Below are positions 27,373 through 41,000 of a DNA stretch of 64,000 bases, one piece after another. The position numbers and the translations under genes were made by a program. The stretch is from Paraspadella gotoi (taxonomy: Eukaryota > Animalia > Chaetognatha), in NCBI GenBank assembly GCA_051294375.1, contig CM119268.1:18804615-18868614 (forward strand). The letters are read 5' to 3'. Positions within the stretch are counted from its first letter, which is position 1. Each line of letters opens with the position of its first letter. Under the pieces are notes generated by a model. That model searched no databases and had not been told where the DNA came from. It saw only the letters and a program-made list of their open reading frames with translations.

Positions 27373-28822
27373 TTTACTCTTTAACGCAATTATTTTCAGA
27401 CCCGATTATTGATGTTGCATATCTTTCCCTCTTTTCTAAAAAGATAATAGCACTTTTTTGAACCAAAAAGAGGTGCAAAATAAAAAAAAAATAAATAACT
27501 AAATACCAAAAATGGAGGAAAACTAAATATGATTTTTTCGCCATTTTTTATTTGAAGTAACAATATTTATTGGCCTGTAACTTCTAAAAGATTTGGACCT
27601 ACAAAAAATGAACGTCTCCATATTTAATCTGTATAGTTTAGGTAAAATTATTACTACGTCTCTGATTTTTTTAGGCCATAAAATACTACCAATTCTAATA
27701 TAACTTACAAAATTGAGTTGAAAATTCGTGTTATTGCAGTTTTTAGAAAGGTTTAAAAAATAGGTGTTTTTACTCATTTTTAGGGCTTTTTTGGGCTGTA
27801 TTTCGTTAAAGGGTTATCCAAATTTGAAAAAATTATATATTTGTAATCGTAACATTTCACAATAGTTTGGCATAAACTTTTTTTTTAAAAAATATTATTT
27901 ATCAAAAAATCATATTTTGTAGTAATATATTAAAAATCACTATTAGTTAATTATAAAAAAATATAATTTGATTACAGGAATAAAATTTCCTATCAATCAA
28001 CTATTAATTTCTATAATAAAAAGTTTAACTAATAAATAAAAAATAAATAATAAGCTAATTATTATAATTAGTAACTATGCATAAATTAATAAATAATATT
28101 TTTTTTTTCAGCCTCACACTTTACCATTAGACCAAGTAATGTTAGAGTAATTTTTACTGAGAAAAAAAATTATATCGTTCCAAGTATTTTGAGCAGGAGT
28201 ATGCAAATTAAATTTTTTAAAAAAAATGATGGTCAAAACAAAACTTCAAATTTTTTTTTGAAAATATAGAATGGGGAATAGACCATACCGAGTTCCATCC
28301 CACACATGCATATCAAGTCATTCCATTCATTATTATAGAAGATATAGCTTCCCTGGACTTATGAAGGAAAGTCAAGACCGGTACTGTACCTAACGCCAAA
28401 GTAATCAAAATACACTAAACTTTTTTTTACTAAAGTTTCAAAACAGAAATTACAAATATTGCAAAGTAAATTTTTGTTCAAGCATGTCGTTACAGTCTTT
28501 ATTATGTTCATTTAGTCTATTTAAAATATACAGAAGAGAAAACATGATTTAGGATCGATATAAAATAAAAAAAAAGAAGAAATATCGAGATTGTTTTCTC
28601 CGTCTTTTTTACTCTTTCACTTGGCCGTTTTTAACTTCGAAAAGCGATTTAACTTTTTTTCTAAAAAATAAAAGAACAAATTAATCAAGCAGAGAGAAGA
28701 TCGACCGACAAGAGCGCTGACGTCAGAAGTTTACATTTGATGATAGAGATATCGTCTCCTTGCTATTTTTTAGCTGTTTCATAAAAAACCACAAATAGGG
28801 AGACGTGGAAAACGAGAGAGAA

Positions 28823-28899
<77 letters not shown>

Positions 28900-28965
28900 C
28901 GTGTTTAAAAACCTAAGTTTGTAGTTCATTCAAAATACGATGTCGCCGGCGATCACGCACGAGTT

Positions 28966-31330
28966 GAGGTGTGGTTCTAGTTGGTTGGCGACTTCCCATG
29001 GCGATTATCGCCAGGGATTTGGCGATGTCGCCCAGTCCTCCCACCTGGCGACCTCCGCCAGTGATAAAAGTACGCGAATATAATGAAAAAGCGCAGCTAA
29101 CACGGGGATGAGCATCACCTTCAGGCTCCTTCCCAACCCTAACCCTAAACCAAACCTCCCGTTCAACTCTGTTGCCTCTCCCTAACTCCTAACCCGCGGC
29201 CTGGGCCTCCGTACATCTCCATGCCTTCAACCTAACCCTACCGCCTTTGATGCATCAACCACGGGCCCCTCCCCAACCCCTAACCCTAAACCAAGCCTTC
29301 CGTTCAACTCTGTGCCTCTCCCCTAACCCTAACCCAGGCTCAGCCTCCGTTACATCTCCGTGCCTCAACCCTAACCCTAACCGCCTTTCAATGCATCAAC
29401 CACGGGCCCTCCCCCAACCCTAACCCTAAACTAAGCCTCCCGTTCAACTCCATCCTCTCCCCTAACCTACCCAGGCCCAGCCTCCCGTACATCTACCGTG
29501 CTCACCCTAACCCTAACCGCCTTCGATGAATCAACCATGGGTTCCCTCCCGCAACCCTAACCCTAAACCAAGCCTTCCCGTTCAACTCCATGCCTCTCCC
29601 TAACCCTAAACCAGGCCCGGCCTCCCGTACATCTCCGTACCTCAACCCTAACCCTAATTGCTTCGATATATAAACCCAACGGGGCCTCTCTCCCAACCCC
29701 TAACCCTAAAACCGGCCCATGGCCTCCGTACATCTTCCTAGCCTCAACCCTAACCCTAATTGCCTTCGATATATAACCACGGGCCTCTCTCCCAACCCTA
29801 ACCTAACCCACGCAGGGCCCAGGCCTCCGTACATCTCCGTGCCTCACCCTAACCTAACGCGGGCCTCTTGGTCACTCAACAACAACCCTCCCTTACTCCT
29901 ATCCCTAAAATTGACATTAATAATAAGCCTAAAATAACTTAACTTAACTCACCCTAACCCTAACCCTAAACTACTCAACCCTAACCCTAAACTACTCAAA
30001 CCTAACTACTACCTACTCAACCCTAACCCTAAACCAACTCAACCCTAACCCTACCTAATCTGAGCTTTATTTTAGCCGAAATCGCCATAACCTAGAACAG
30101 CTAGATGGTAGGTTCAGTGCGAAATCGCCAAAATCGCGACTTAGCCATGACACCCCCGCCATTTGGCGATTTAAGCTGCTGAATTACATCTAGCGTTCTA
30201 GTTTATGGCGATTTCGCCTAAAATAAATCAGATTAGGGTTAGCGGTTAGGGTTGAAGTTGGTTTTAGGGTTAGGGTTGAGTAGGTAGTAGTTAGGTTGAG
30301 TAGTTTAGGGTTAGGGTGAGTAGTTTAGGGTTAGGGTTAGGGTTGAGTTAATTAAGTTTATTTTAGCTTATTATTATGTCATTTTAGGAGATAGTGGTAG
30401 GAGGGTTGTTGTTGATGACCAAGAGGGCCCGCGTTAGGTTAGGGTTGAGGCACGGAGATGTAACGGGACGGCCTGGCCCGGTTTAGGTGTAGGGTTGGAG
30501 AGAGGCCCGTGGGTTATATATCGAAGGCAATTAGGCGTTAGGGTTGAGGTACGGAGATGTACGGGAGGCCTGGCCCGGTTAGGGTTTAGGGTTTGGGGAG
30601 AGAGGCCCGTGGGTTATATATCGAAGGCAATTAGGGTTAGGGTTGAGGTACGGAGATGTACGGAGAGGCCGGGCCTGGTTTAGGGTTAGGGGAGAGGATG
30701 GAGTTGAACGGAGGCGTTGGTTTTAGGGTTAGGGTTCGGGAGGGCCCATGGTTTGATTCATCGAAGGCGGTTAGGTGGTTTAGGGTTGAGGCACGAAGAT
30801 GTACGGAGGCTGGGCTGGGTTAGGGTTAGGGGAGAGGCATGGAGTTGAACGGGAGCTTAGTTAGGTAGGTTGGGGGAGGGGCCCGTGGTTGATGCATTGA
30901 AGGCGGTATGGGTTAGGGTTGAGGCACGGAGATGTACGGAAGGCTGAGCCTGGGTAGGGTTACGGGGAATGAGGCACAGGAGGAGTTGAACGGAAAGGCT
31001 TGGTTTAGGGTTAGGTGGGGAGGGGCCCGTGGTTGATGCAATCAAAGGCGGTTAGGGTTAGGGTTGAGGCATGGAGATGTTAACGAAGGAGGCCCAGGCC
31101 CGGGTAGGGTTAGGGGAGAGGGCACAGAGGTTTGAACTCGTGAGAGGTTTGGTTTAGGTTAGAGATCGGGATAGAGAGCCTGAAGGTGATGCATCATCCC
31201 GTGTTAGCTCGCTTTTCATTATATTCGCTACTTTTATCACTGGCGAGGTCCGCCAGTGGGACTGGCGACACTCGCCAAATCCCTGGCGATATCGCCCATG
31301 GCGAAGTCGCCAACCAACTAAAACCGCCTC
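28966..31330. mobile_element. Foldback (near-complete palindrome) element with telomere-like CCCTAA/TTAGGG subrepeats
   Basis: Left end gaggtgtggttctagttggttggcgac and right end gtcgccaaccaactaaaaccgcctc. ~1.17 kb arms with the centre at ~30135-30160. Each arm holds about five ~120-125 bp units, each with three ccctaaccctaa doublets. The flanks are unrelated; gtt sits on both sides (possible 3 bp target duplication). Confidence 0.8.
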
Positions 31331-31406
31331 GTTTCGAGATTTCCTGGCAACGTTTCCTTATCGCACCTGTGCTTAATTTGATCATGGGAAATTTACTACT
31401 TACACG

Positions 31407-31478
<72 letters not shown>

Positions 31479-32819
31479 ATGTTCTGTAAAAAGTGTTTTA
31501 TCCACGTGTAAAAGTAAAAAATAAAAGGGTGAATAAAAAAGAGAAGAGAAAGAAAGAGGCTTACAATCCGCCTCTTTACATAACCGCGGGCGTGGAAGAG
31601 TGAGAGGTGTTGAAATATTCGCTTTACTTTTCTCTCTGACGTTAAGAGATAAAAGATAAGAAAAATGGAACATGGATTAAACATAGTTGCGAATCGTTAT
31701 TTTTTTAAAAGATGTTAAAAATGGTGGATTTTTTACAATTATTTTTAAAAAAATATTATTTTAATAAAAAATAAATTAAAAAAAAAATTTTTGCAACCAT
31801 CCAATGCAACCATGATGATAGTTTATTACTTTTGGACATGTTTTTAGGATAAGATATTTGATAATAATATAAGATTTTAACAAATTTATTTATAAAATAT
31901 ATATATAAAACGATTTTATCTTTTTTAATATAATATTTTATCAATTTTTTATAAATATATATAATATTATAAAAATAAACGAGACTGTGAGAGAGTCTTG
32001 ATTGAAGGCTTGCAGGACCTGCTATGTCATTATCTTGTAAGAGTGATGGAGGCCTTAAACCACCAAAGCCTGTCCAAAGTCAGGGCAAGATAGCTTATTT
32101 ATTAAATGAATGGATAATTTTTATATTGGTTGTACCAATTTCATAAATATAAAAATTATCTAATATTTTTTAAATAATTTGTTAAATTTTTAATAAAATT
32201 AATTTGTAAGAATTTTGTGACTTTAAAACATACTTCTTAACGATAAATGATCTTCTAAAGTCGCCAGGTGCACTTCAAAAATCTCTGCCGGATGCAAAAA
32301 AAAAGAGGAATTTAAAAAAGCAATAATAAAAAAAATAAATAAAAAAGGAACATGCTTGGCTCGCTCCGTTTTTTTCCCGTCCCGACCAGCTGTGAAAAAG
32401 GCTTTGGTAAGCAGTTTTCTCAAATGGACCGCGACAAAAAAAATTGCTCGGTTTATCTCTATTGTGTGACATCTTCACGTTATACTAAAAACTACGCGAA
32501 TCGGAATTCGACATTTTATCGACAAATAATGACCACATTTACGATTCAACCTAATTAATTTCTTTTCAGATTTTTAATTTTAAACTCGAAACTAAAACAA
32601 AAAAGTTCATAAGTTAGTCAACGACTTAATTCTTTGTGACGATGGTTACCAACCACTTACAGGAAACATTATAAAATTATTAATACGAAAAAAACGTTTT
32701 TAATTTTCTATCGAGTTCGATCCGATCATTTTTGCTTCATCGGCGAAGTAAACAACGACGCGGGCAACTCCATCTTTTTCAACAGCGTCAACGCTCCAAA
32801 ATCATCAACCGCGCCCACA

Positions 32820-35787
32820 ATGGCGTCGATCCTCAAGTCCTACGTCGACGCCCTCTCTCTTTTCCTCCATGACTTCGTCGACGCCTCTTCTCTCTCTGCG
32901 TCTTCTCTCCTCGAATCTTCCTCCTCTTTTCTCGCCTCGATCGCCGCCATTTTGGACGCCACTCTCGCCGCCCTCGCCGCCCTCGTCGCCGCCCTCGCCG
33001 CTGCTTGCGACGTCGTCGCCTCGGCCGCCGCAGCAGCAGCCGTCTCCGTCTCTCAGTCTCTGTCTCTGTCTCTGTCATGGTTTGACCGAGATTCTCTTCT
33101 TTCCTCGCCCAATTATTTCCTCTCTTCTTCCTTTCCCTTACCATCTTTCATAACTATCCTACCGTCCTACCTTTCGTCTTGCCCCTGTATCTTAGCTTCC
33201 TATCTCTCTTCATTCCACTCAATCTTAACTTCCTATCTCTCTTCATTCCCCTCTATCCTAACTTCCTATCTCCTTTCATTCCCTTCAATCTTAACTTCCT
33301 ACCTTCCGTCCCTGACTTCCCTCTCTTCAATCTCCTCCTCTTTCTCCACCTTAACTCCTCCTTCGGACTCCTTTTCTTCCTCTCTTCTCTCCTCCCTTTT
33401 CTCCATCCCTTCCTCCCTCTTTTCCCTAATGTCCTCTACCGTCGCCTCGTTTAACTCTGTTTATCAACAATCAACAACGACGACGACGACGACGACAACG
33501 ACAACAACGACAAGGTTGGCCTGCATCTGGGAAAAGCTCCGCCTGCTTCTCCAAGAATCTTGGGTGAGGAAACGTGGGTTTTTTCTTTTTCTTTTTTTTA
33601 ATTTCTCTCACTTTATTTTAATTTTTCTTTATTTTAATCTAAAAAAAATATCTAGCTCCAATACGTTTTTTTATTGAATTTTTTAACGTCTATTTTCTCA
33701 TCCACTCAGTAGCAACTTTTTTTTCCGGTGTTCGCGTGACCGACACGTTACAGTAAATCCTCGAACACTGTATTTTTTTTCTGGATTTTGTATTTACCTA
33801 ATTTTACTTAATTTACCCGATAATTTATTTAAGGGAATAAAAAAGTGTTAAACGCCGACTGTTGGGCTTCCCTCTTTGTTTTAACAAGTCGTTCACGAGA
33901 ACGAGAAAGTACAGTCGAAATGGTTTTGTTTTTTTTTTTAAATTGAGTCATTATAATTAATTAGAAAATGTTTGACATTCCGGTTACAAAGAGACAATCA
34001 TTACTTGAGACAACTCAAGACAAAGCTTGACATTTTCTCACAGCCGTCGAAAAAATTTTCTTGCGCAAACCGTATTCATCAGACTCCGCTGTATCTTATA
34101 TCATCGATACAGTTTCATTATCATCTTTTTTTTTATTTCAAAATCTTTTTTTAAATCTCCATCGTTGATTTCGGCCACCGAAATTGCGGGGGCCTTTTCT
34201 CTTTCGTCCGATCCACATATTCGATGTTAATGTTAAGAAAAGAAAAACGATACACCAGAATAATCAAAATAAGACTGTAAAAAGACTGTAAAAGGCTGGC
34301 TCATCGTTTGGCTATATTCCTCAAAAAGGCTGGCCCAAAACTGGGTTCGACTGGTCGAGCGAGTTCTACAACCCTCGTTAAATTGTCTTGAGAAAGACTC
34401 GTTGTTGCAGTTATTCATTTTCCCCGCTTCTTTTTTTCACGAGCGGATAATTGTTGTTAATAAAAAAATTATTTGAAAAAAAGAATTTTATGAGTAACAA
34501 ATATTTTAAAACTAAATTATTCATTCTCGACTGTACTTTTTCATGCGAAAAGAAAGAAAAAAATAACTACAGTAAATATTTTTCCTTTCAAATTTAATTC
34601 GTTTTATTCTTTTTTTTGTGTCTGACGTTTGGATCTCTACGGAAACTTTTCCTGCTCACGATCGCCATTGTCTACTTTCACCCACGACACTTTTGTCGGC
34701 TTCAATCCTCCTTAACTGTTGCCTTTTCTTACCGACACAACCAACCGACATTTTATTTGAATACTCTTCGCCCTTCCACTAACGACGAACGAGAAAATCT
34801 CTCGCCAACTCTTTTCTTCTTTAATCGCTTCTCTTGCTAAACTCGAAACGTCTTCATTGACCGCTCTTAAACCGCTACCTAAACCGCTACCCCTAAAACC
34901 GCTCCCCGAACCCGCTCCGAAACTGCTCCCCCCCTACACCCCTACCTAAACCGCTCCCCAAAACCGCTCCCGAAACCGCTTCCCGAAACTTCTCCCCCTG
35001 AACGCTCCCTTAAACCGCTCCACCTAACCGTTCCTTTTCCCTTACTTCACCCTCCGTTTCCTAAAAGACCTCGGCCTCTCCCCTCTTCCACTCGCGCGCC
35101 ATCTTCATCGTCGCCTCGGTCGTCGTCTCTTGCGTCGTCCTTTCCCGCGGACGAGACGTTTGGGCGAAACTGAAGGACTTCTTCGCGACGACGACGACGA
35201 CGACGAAGAAAGAGACGACGACGACGAAGCCGACGACGAAAGAGACGACACCGACGACAAAAGAGAGGACCACGCCGAGTAGGAGATATTATTCAAGAGG
35301 AAGGAAGGGACGGAGAAAAGGAAAGAAAATGGCGGCGTCGTCGGGGAAAGAGGCGATCGATCTGAAAACGACGCCGGTATTGGAGTCGGCGTCGTTGCCG
35401 GCGCCAGTGACGACGACCACGACGAAAGCGACGACAACGACGACGATGCTCTTCTCGCTGACTCCGCCTCAACCGGAAGTGAAAGAACATAAGGCGCCTG
35501 TTTACAAGACGACGTTGAAGACGACGATTTCAGCGCCGATGACGAAGGAATCGACGGAAATCAAGATGGCGGAAATGAAGGACTCGACGGAGGAATGTCA
35601 GACGAGGCCGGATACAACAACGTCGGCACTTCCTCTATCGGCGCCGGAAGAAACATCAACATCAACACTAAATACTTCCGTATTAAATTCAACTTCTCCG
35701 GATTTAATGTTCGCGCTTACTGCATCATCTTCTCCGTCGACTTCATCCTTACCTGCAAAGTACGCTGCAGTCGAGTTGCCGTTTTCG
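32820..35787 (+). CDS. Module C; exons 32820-33563 and 35068-35787; hydrophobic N-terminus, 11-mer repeats, a putative TM segment and a Thr/Ser-rich region
   Basis: ATG in acaATGG context; MASILKSYVDAL..LLLQESW|gtgagg (phase 0), then aag|TSASPLFHSRAIFIVASVVVSCVVLSRGRDVWAKLKDFFATTT..VELPFS|gtaggt (phase 0). Both exons are open throughout. Confidence 0.65.
34862..35032. repeat. ~13-14 bp minisatellite (aaaccgctcccc-like)
   Basis: About a dozen degenerate accgctccc/accgctacc units just upstream of the 35068 acceptor. Confidence 0.75.
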
Positions 35788-36626
35788 GTAGGTTCGAGTT
35801 TGATGGTGAGAGAATCTCTTTTACAATATGTAGCTGTTTGGGAGTAAAAATATTTTTATTTTTACGTTTTTTAAACATAGAAGTACAACTTCGACAATTT
35901 TTAAAAAAATATATATGAAGGTTTGTAGGAACCGGACATTGGCGGGGTCAATCTAGGCAATGCCTGACTACAGGTTTTCAAATTGGTTGATTTTCGCTTC
36001 TTCACTTCAATATGCAAATAAGATTAAATAACACCGTCGACCCCGCCCTTGACCTCCAATTTCATCCGCTCGCGATTTGATCGATCGTCCCTTTTTCGCC
36101 TTCGAGATCAAAGCGACGTCATTTTTCCGGCGCCGGAAAAACCGAAGGCAGAAAAGCCGATGACAAATGTGGCGCTAATCGGCGCCGAGAAGAAAAAGAA
36201 GCTGGGATGCCGAGAGCAAGAGGGAAACTGAGACACCGCAAGAAGCCGAGATACCGCAGCACCAAATATTTTTGTGGTCATCAGATTCAGCTCATTAAAA
36301 AACAGAACGAAAGTTAAAAGTCAAAAAGAGATATAAACATGTCAACTGTATTGCTTAAAAAATATTCAAAAAGCCTGAGATGCGGTGAAACTGTTGATCC
36401 GTGGTACTGAAAAAAAACCAATTCGTGCGACGGAAAAAAGCCTAAAGGCCAAGAACCCGTTTTCGGCCAAAAACTATGAGGCCAAGAAACCGCAAAGCCT
36501 CGAAGTTGGGTTCACTGACTTTTTTCCCTTCGTTTTGTCTCGTCGGCGACTCGGGTGGTGGTGGGGTGGGAGAGATGATGGTGGCGGTTGGATAAGGGGA
36601 AGGGAGGGTGAAGGGTGTGGAGTAGG

Positions 36627-37525
36627 GCGTTGAAAAATAACGAAATATAACAAATCAAGGTGAGGTACATAGCTATTTTAGTGTAATAAAGTCTGTAGAA
36701 TTCGATGATGATAACCATTTTTTTGTATAGTCTCATCTTCTTTGTCGGAAATGGCGATTTTTGGCAGCATATAAGGTGCTTTAATATGGAGCAAACATTG
36801 TAGAGTATAAAGAACTCAAATTATTAAGATTTTAAAAACATATTTAACTTACATATATATGAAAATAAACCCATATAAATATTTGGTAAGTTTATTTACA
36901 AATTTTAATATTTATTAATAGTTTTGTTAGCTATATTTATTAATAATAATAATAAAAATAACTAAAGTGAAAAAAAAAATAAAAATTTTAATTTTGAATT
37001 CCTTACAAAAAGTTATATAAGAAAGTATATCCATTTTAAAAAATTTTCATTAAGTAGTTAAAAAATATTAAAAACTATTATTTTTGTTTAATTTTTTCAA
37101 TTTTGGCTTAATTTATAGTTTTTCTGAATTTTTCTTAATATCAACTTTTTTGCAAAGAATGCAAATCCATGAAAAAAAATTTTGAAATTATTATTTTTTT
37201 AACTTTAACCTAATTTACTAATTTTATAAATTAATACTAATTTTAATAAATAATCAAATATTACAAATATTTCTATAAGTCTTTTATTTTTAATTTTCAA
37301 AAGCTCATATAAATTTTATACAATTTTAATAATTTGATTTATCATAACTTATAATGGTTTTGCTATTTTATAACAATTTTAATATACATTAAAAACCTTC
37401 ATTTCCGACAAGAAAGATAAAATTATACAAAAAAATGGTCATCACCATCGAATTCTACAGACTACATTACACTAAAATAGCTATGTACCTCACTTGATTT
37501 GTTATATTTTGTTATTTTTCAACGC
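36627..37525. mobile_element. AT-rich foldback/MITE, ~900 bp
   Basis: gcgttgaaaaataacgaaatataacaaatcaaggtgaggtacatagctattttagtgtaat.. is mirrored by ..attacactaaaatagctatgtacctcacttgatttgttatattttgttatttttcaacgc. Symmetry decays inward. No clear target duplication. Repeated at ~42327-43307 within the duplicated block. Confidence 0.75.
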
Positions 37526-38099
37526 TGTGGGGGAATGGGGAAAAGGGAAGGGGAAGGCGAAGGCGGAAGGGGAAGGCGGAAGGGGGAAAGGGGAGGGAAG
37601 GGGGGGAAAGGAAGGGGAAAGGGGAAAGGGGAGTGGGAAAGAAGGGAGGGGAGAAGGCGGAAGGGGCAGGGCGAAAGTGGAAGGGGGAAAGGGGAAGGAG
37701 GAAGGGTGAAAGGGGAAGGGGGGAGTTGAATTGGGAGAATGAATTACGTTCCGTCGTCGAAGGCGATTGAACTCGACGTCGATTTGAATATCGAACTCAT
37801 GACGTCGCTTGATAATCGACACAAAGTCTAAATAACGTAATTTATTTCTATTTCCTTTTCTAAATTAATTTCTGAGGTTATCTTTTTCATTGATACATAG
37901 TAAAATATTGTATTGATTGTATTGTAATGTTGTATTGTAAAGTTTTGAATGTATTGGATCATTCTCCTTTTTTCATCGTCGTCTTCATCATCATCATCGT
38001 CATCGTCATCATCATCTCTTTTCCTCACTTTTTCTTCCGAGGTACGTATCTCCCTTCTCATTTAAAACTTATTAAATTTAATGTTTATTAATGACTTGC

Positions 38100-41000
38100 T
38101 CTCTCTCTCTCTCCGGGGTCTTTTCTATCTGGTCTTCTCTAGCTCGAATTCTTCTTCTCTCTTTTCATCTTTTCACTTGCCTGCGATTTGTGCCGACCAT
38201 CTTTGGACGCCACTCTCTCGCCGTTCCTCCTCTCGCCGCCCTTTCGCTGCGCCGCCCTCGCCGCCTGCTTGCGCGTCGTCGCCGTGCGCGCCGGCAGGCA
38301 GCAGCCGTCTCCGTCTCTCAGTCTCTGTCTCTGTCTCTGTCATGGGTTTGACCGAGATTCTCTTCTTTCCTCGCTCCAATTATTTCATCATCTTCTTCAC
38401 TTTCCCTTATCACATCTGGGTTCATACTTACCGTAAACGTCACTAGGTACATTTCGTCATTATGCCTTCCTCTAAGGTACATTATAGCTTCCTATCTCTC
38501 TGGCAATATTAACCACAAATTTCTTATATTTCCTATCTTTCTCCTTCATTCCACCGCTCTATCCTAGACGTTCTATCCTCTAATACATTCCCTTCAATTC
38601 TTACATTATCATATGCCACATTTTTCCAGCTCCCTATGACTTCGCTCGCTCTTCAATCTGCCTCCTCTTCCCACCTTTAACTCGCTCCTTCGGACTCCTT
38701 TTCCCTTCCTACTCCTCTCTCTCCTCCCCTTTCCTCCATGCCCTTCCTCCCTTTTCCTCCACACCTATATTCCTCGCCTCTTTATCCACCTAATTCCTTC
38801 TTTACCGTCGCCTTTTGTGTCGTTTAGCCTCTCAGTTTAATAACCAAACAACAACGCGACGCAAGACTTGACAAACGACAACAACGACAAGGTTTGTTGC
38901 CTGCATTTTCTTTGGGTTAATTATTAAGCTCTCGCTCTGCTTCTCCACAAGAATCTTGACGTGAAGGAAACGTGGGTTTTTTTTCTTTTCTTTTTTTATT
39001 AATTTCTCTCACTTTATTTTAATTTTTCTTATTTTAATCTAAAAAAATATCTAGCTCAATACGTTTTTTTATATGACATTTTTTCTTAACGTCTATTTTC
39101 TATACCTCAGTAGCTAACTTTTTTTATTCCGGTGTTCGCAGAGACCAGACTCGTTACAGTAAAATCCTCGAACACTGTATTTTTTTTTTCTGGATTTTGT
39201 TTACCCTCAATTTTACTTAAATTTACCGAATCAATATTATAATATTTAAGGGAATAAAAAACGTGTTAAACGCCGACTGTTGGGCTTTTTCCTCTTTGTT
39301 TTACACAAAGTCGTCCGTCTCACGTTGGAGAACGAGAAAGTACAGTCGAAATGGTTTTGTTTTTTTTATTTTAAAATTTGAGTCATTATAATTATAGAAA
39401 ATGCTTGACATTCCGGCGTTACAAGAGACATCATTTTACTTGAGACAAACTCAAGACAAAGCTTGACATTTTCTCCACAGCCGTCGAAAAAATTTTTCCT
39501 GGCGCAACCGTAATTGCATCAGACTACCGCTGTATCTTTATATATCCGATACAGTTTATTATCATCTTTTTTTTTCACTTTCAAAATCTTTTTTTAAATC
39601 TCGCATCGTTGATTTCGGCGCACCGAAATTGCGGGGGCCTTTTCCTCTTTCGTCCGATCCACACATTCTCGAAAAGATAGTATGAGAAATGCGGGGGAAA
39701 ATGAATAAACAGTGGTTAAGAAAATAGAAAAACCGATACACCAGAAGAATCAATCAAATACAGACCGTAAAAGACTGTAAAAGGCTGGCTGCATCCGTTT
39801 GGCTATAATTCCTCAAAAGCCTGGCCCCAAAACTGGGTTCGGACTGGTCGAGCGAGTTCTACGACCCTCGTTAAATTGTCTTCTCGAGAAAGACCTCGGT
39901 TGTGTGCAAGTTATTCATTTTCCCCGCCTTCTTTTTTTTCGAGGGATAATTAGTTGTTAATAAAGAAATTATTTGAAAAGATAATTTTATGAGTAAGCAA
40001 ATATTTTAAAACTAAATTATTCATTCTCGACTGTAACTTTTTCATGCGAAAAGAAAGAAAAATAACTACAGTAAATATTTTTTTCCTTTCAAATTTAATT
40101 CGTTTTATTCTTTTTTTTTTTGTGTCTGACGTTTCGATCTTACGGAAACTTTTCCTGCTCACAGATCGCCATTGTCTACTTTCACCCACGACACTTTTTG
40201 TCGGATCAAATCCTGCGCTTCACTGTTGCCTTTTCTTACCGACAGCAACCAACCGACAATTTTAATTTGAATACTCCTCGCCCTTGCCACTAACGCACGA
40301 ACGAGAAAAATCTCTCGCCAACTCCGTTTTCTCTTTATCGCTTCTCTGCCTAAACTCGAAACGTCTTTCATTGAAAAGAACCGCTCCTCTAATAAAACTC
40401 TACCCTAAACCGCTACCCTAACGCTCCACCGAACACGCTCCCCGACCCGCTTCCCCGAAAAAAATGCTTCCAGCGAAACCCGCTCAGACAGAAACTATGG
40501 GGAAGAGGTGGCAAATGAAAAAAAAATTGGGGGGAGGGTGGAAAAGTGGAGGAGAGAAAAAGTGGGAGGATGAGAAGCGGATCCACCCTCCACCTAACAC
40601 CCCTACCTAAACCGCTCCCCAAAACCGCTCCCGAACCGCCTCCCCGAAACTACTCCCCCTACACGCCCTACCGCTAGAACGCGCTCCCCGAACCGCTTCC
40701 CGAACTTCTCCTGACCCGCTCCCCTAACCGTTTCCTTTTCCCCTTAAACCCTCGGTTTCCTAAAAGACCTCGCTCCTGCTCCCGCTCTTCCATTCGCGCG
40801 CCATCTTCATCGTCGCTTCGGTCGTCGTCTCTTTGCGTCCGTCTTGTCCCGCGGAACGAGACGTTTGGGCGAAACTGGGAAGGACTTCTTCGCGCGACTA
40901 CGACGACGACGAGACAAGAAGACGACGAAGCCGACGGAACGAAGAGAGGACCACGCCAGTAGGAGATATTATCAAGAGGAAGGAAGGGACGGAGAAAGGA

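Larger units (their letters stand above)
24442..28386 (-). mobile_element. Tc1/mariner transposon relic with ~790 bp terminal inverted repeats, internally deleted and carrying nested repeats
   Basis: TA|CAGTAC..GGTCTTG at 24440-24456 and CAAGACCGGTACTG|TA ending at 28388. 24442-~25235 is the reverse complement of ~27611-28386. A TA target duplication with CAGT ends is the Tc1/mariner signature. Confidence 0.85.

Noticed and set aside
29130-31170. True telomere, chromosome fusion site or CRISPR-like repeat-spacer array
   Set aside because: Hexamers occur as doublets within larger repeated units and the intervening sequences are themselves repeated, not unique. The orientation is opposite to a fusion scar, the position is internal and the context is eukaryotic.
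36049-36510. Additional coding exon downstream of module C
   Set aside because: It looks coding-like but has stops in each frame tried and no clean splice pair, in either copy.
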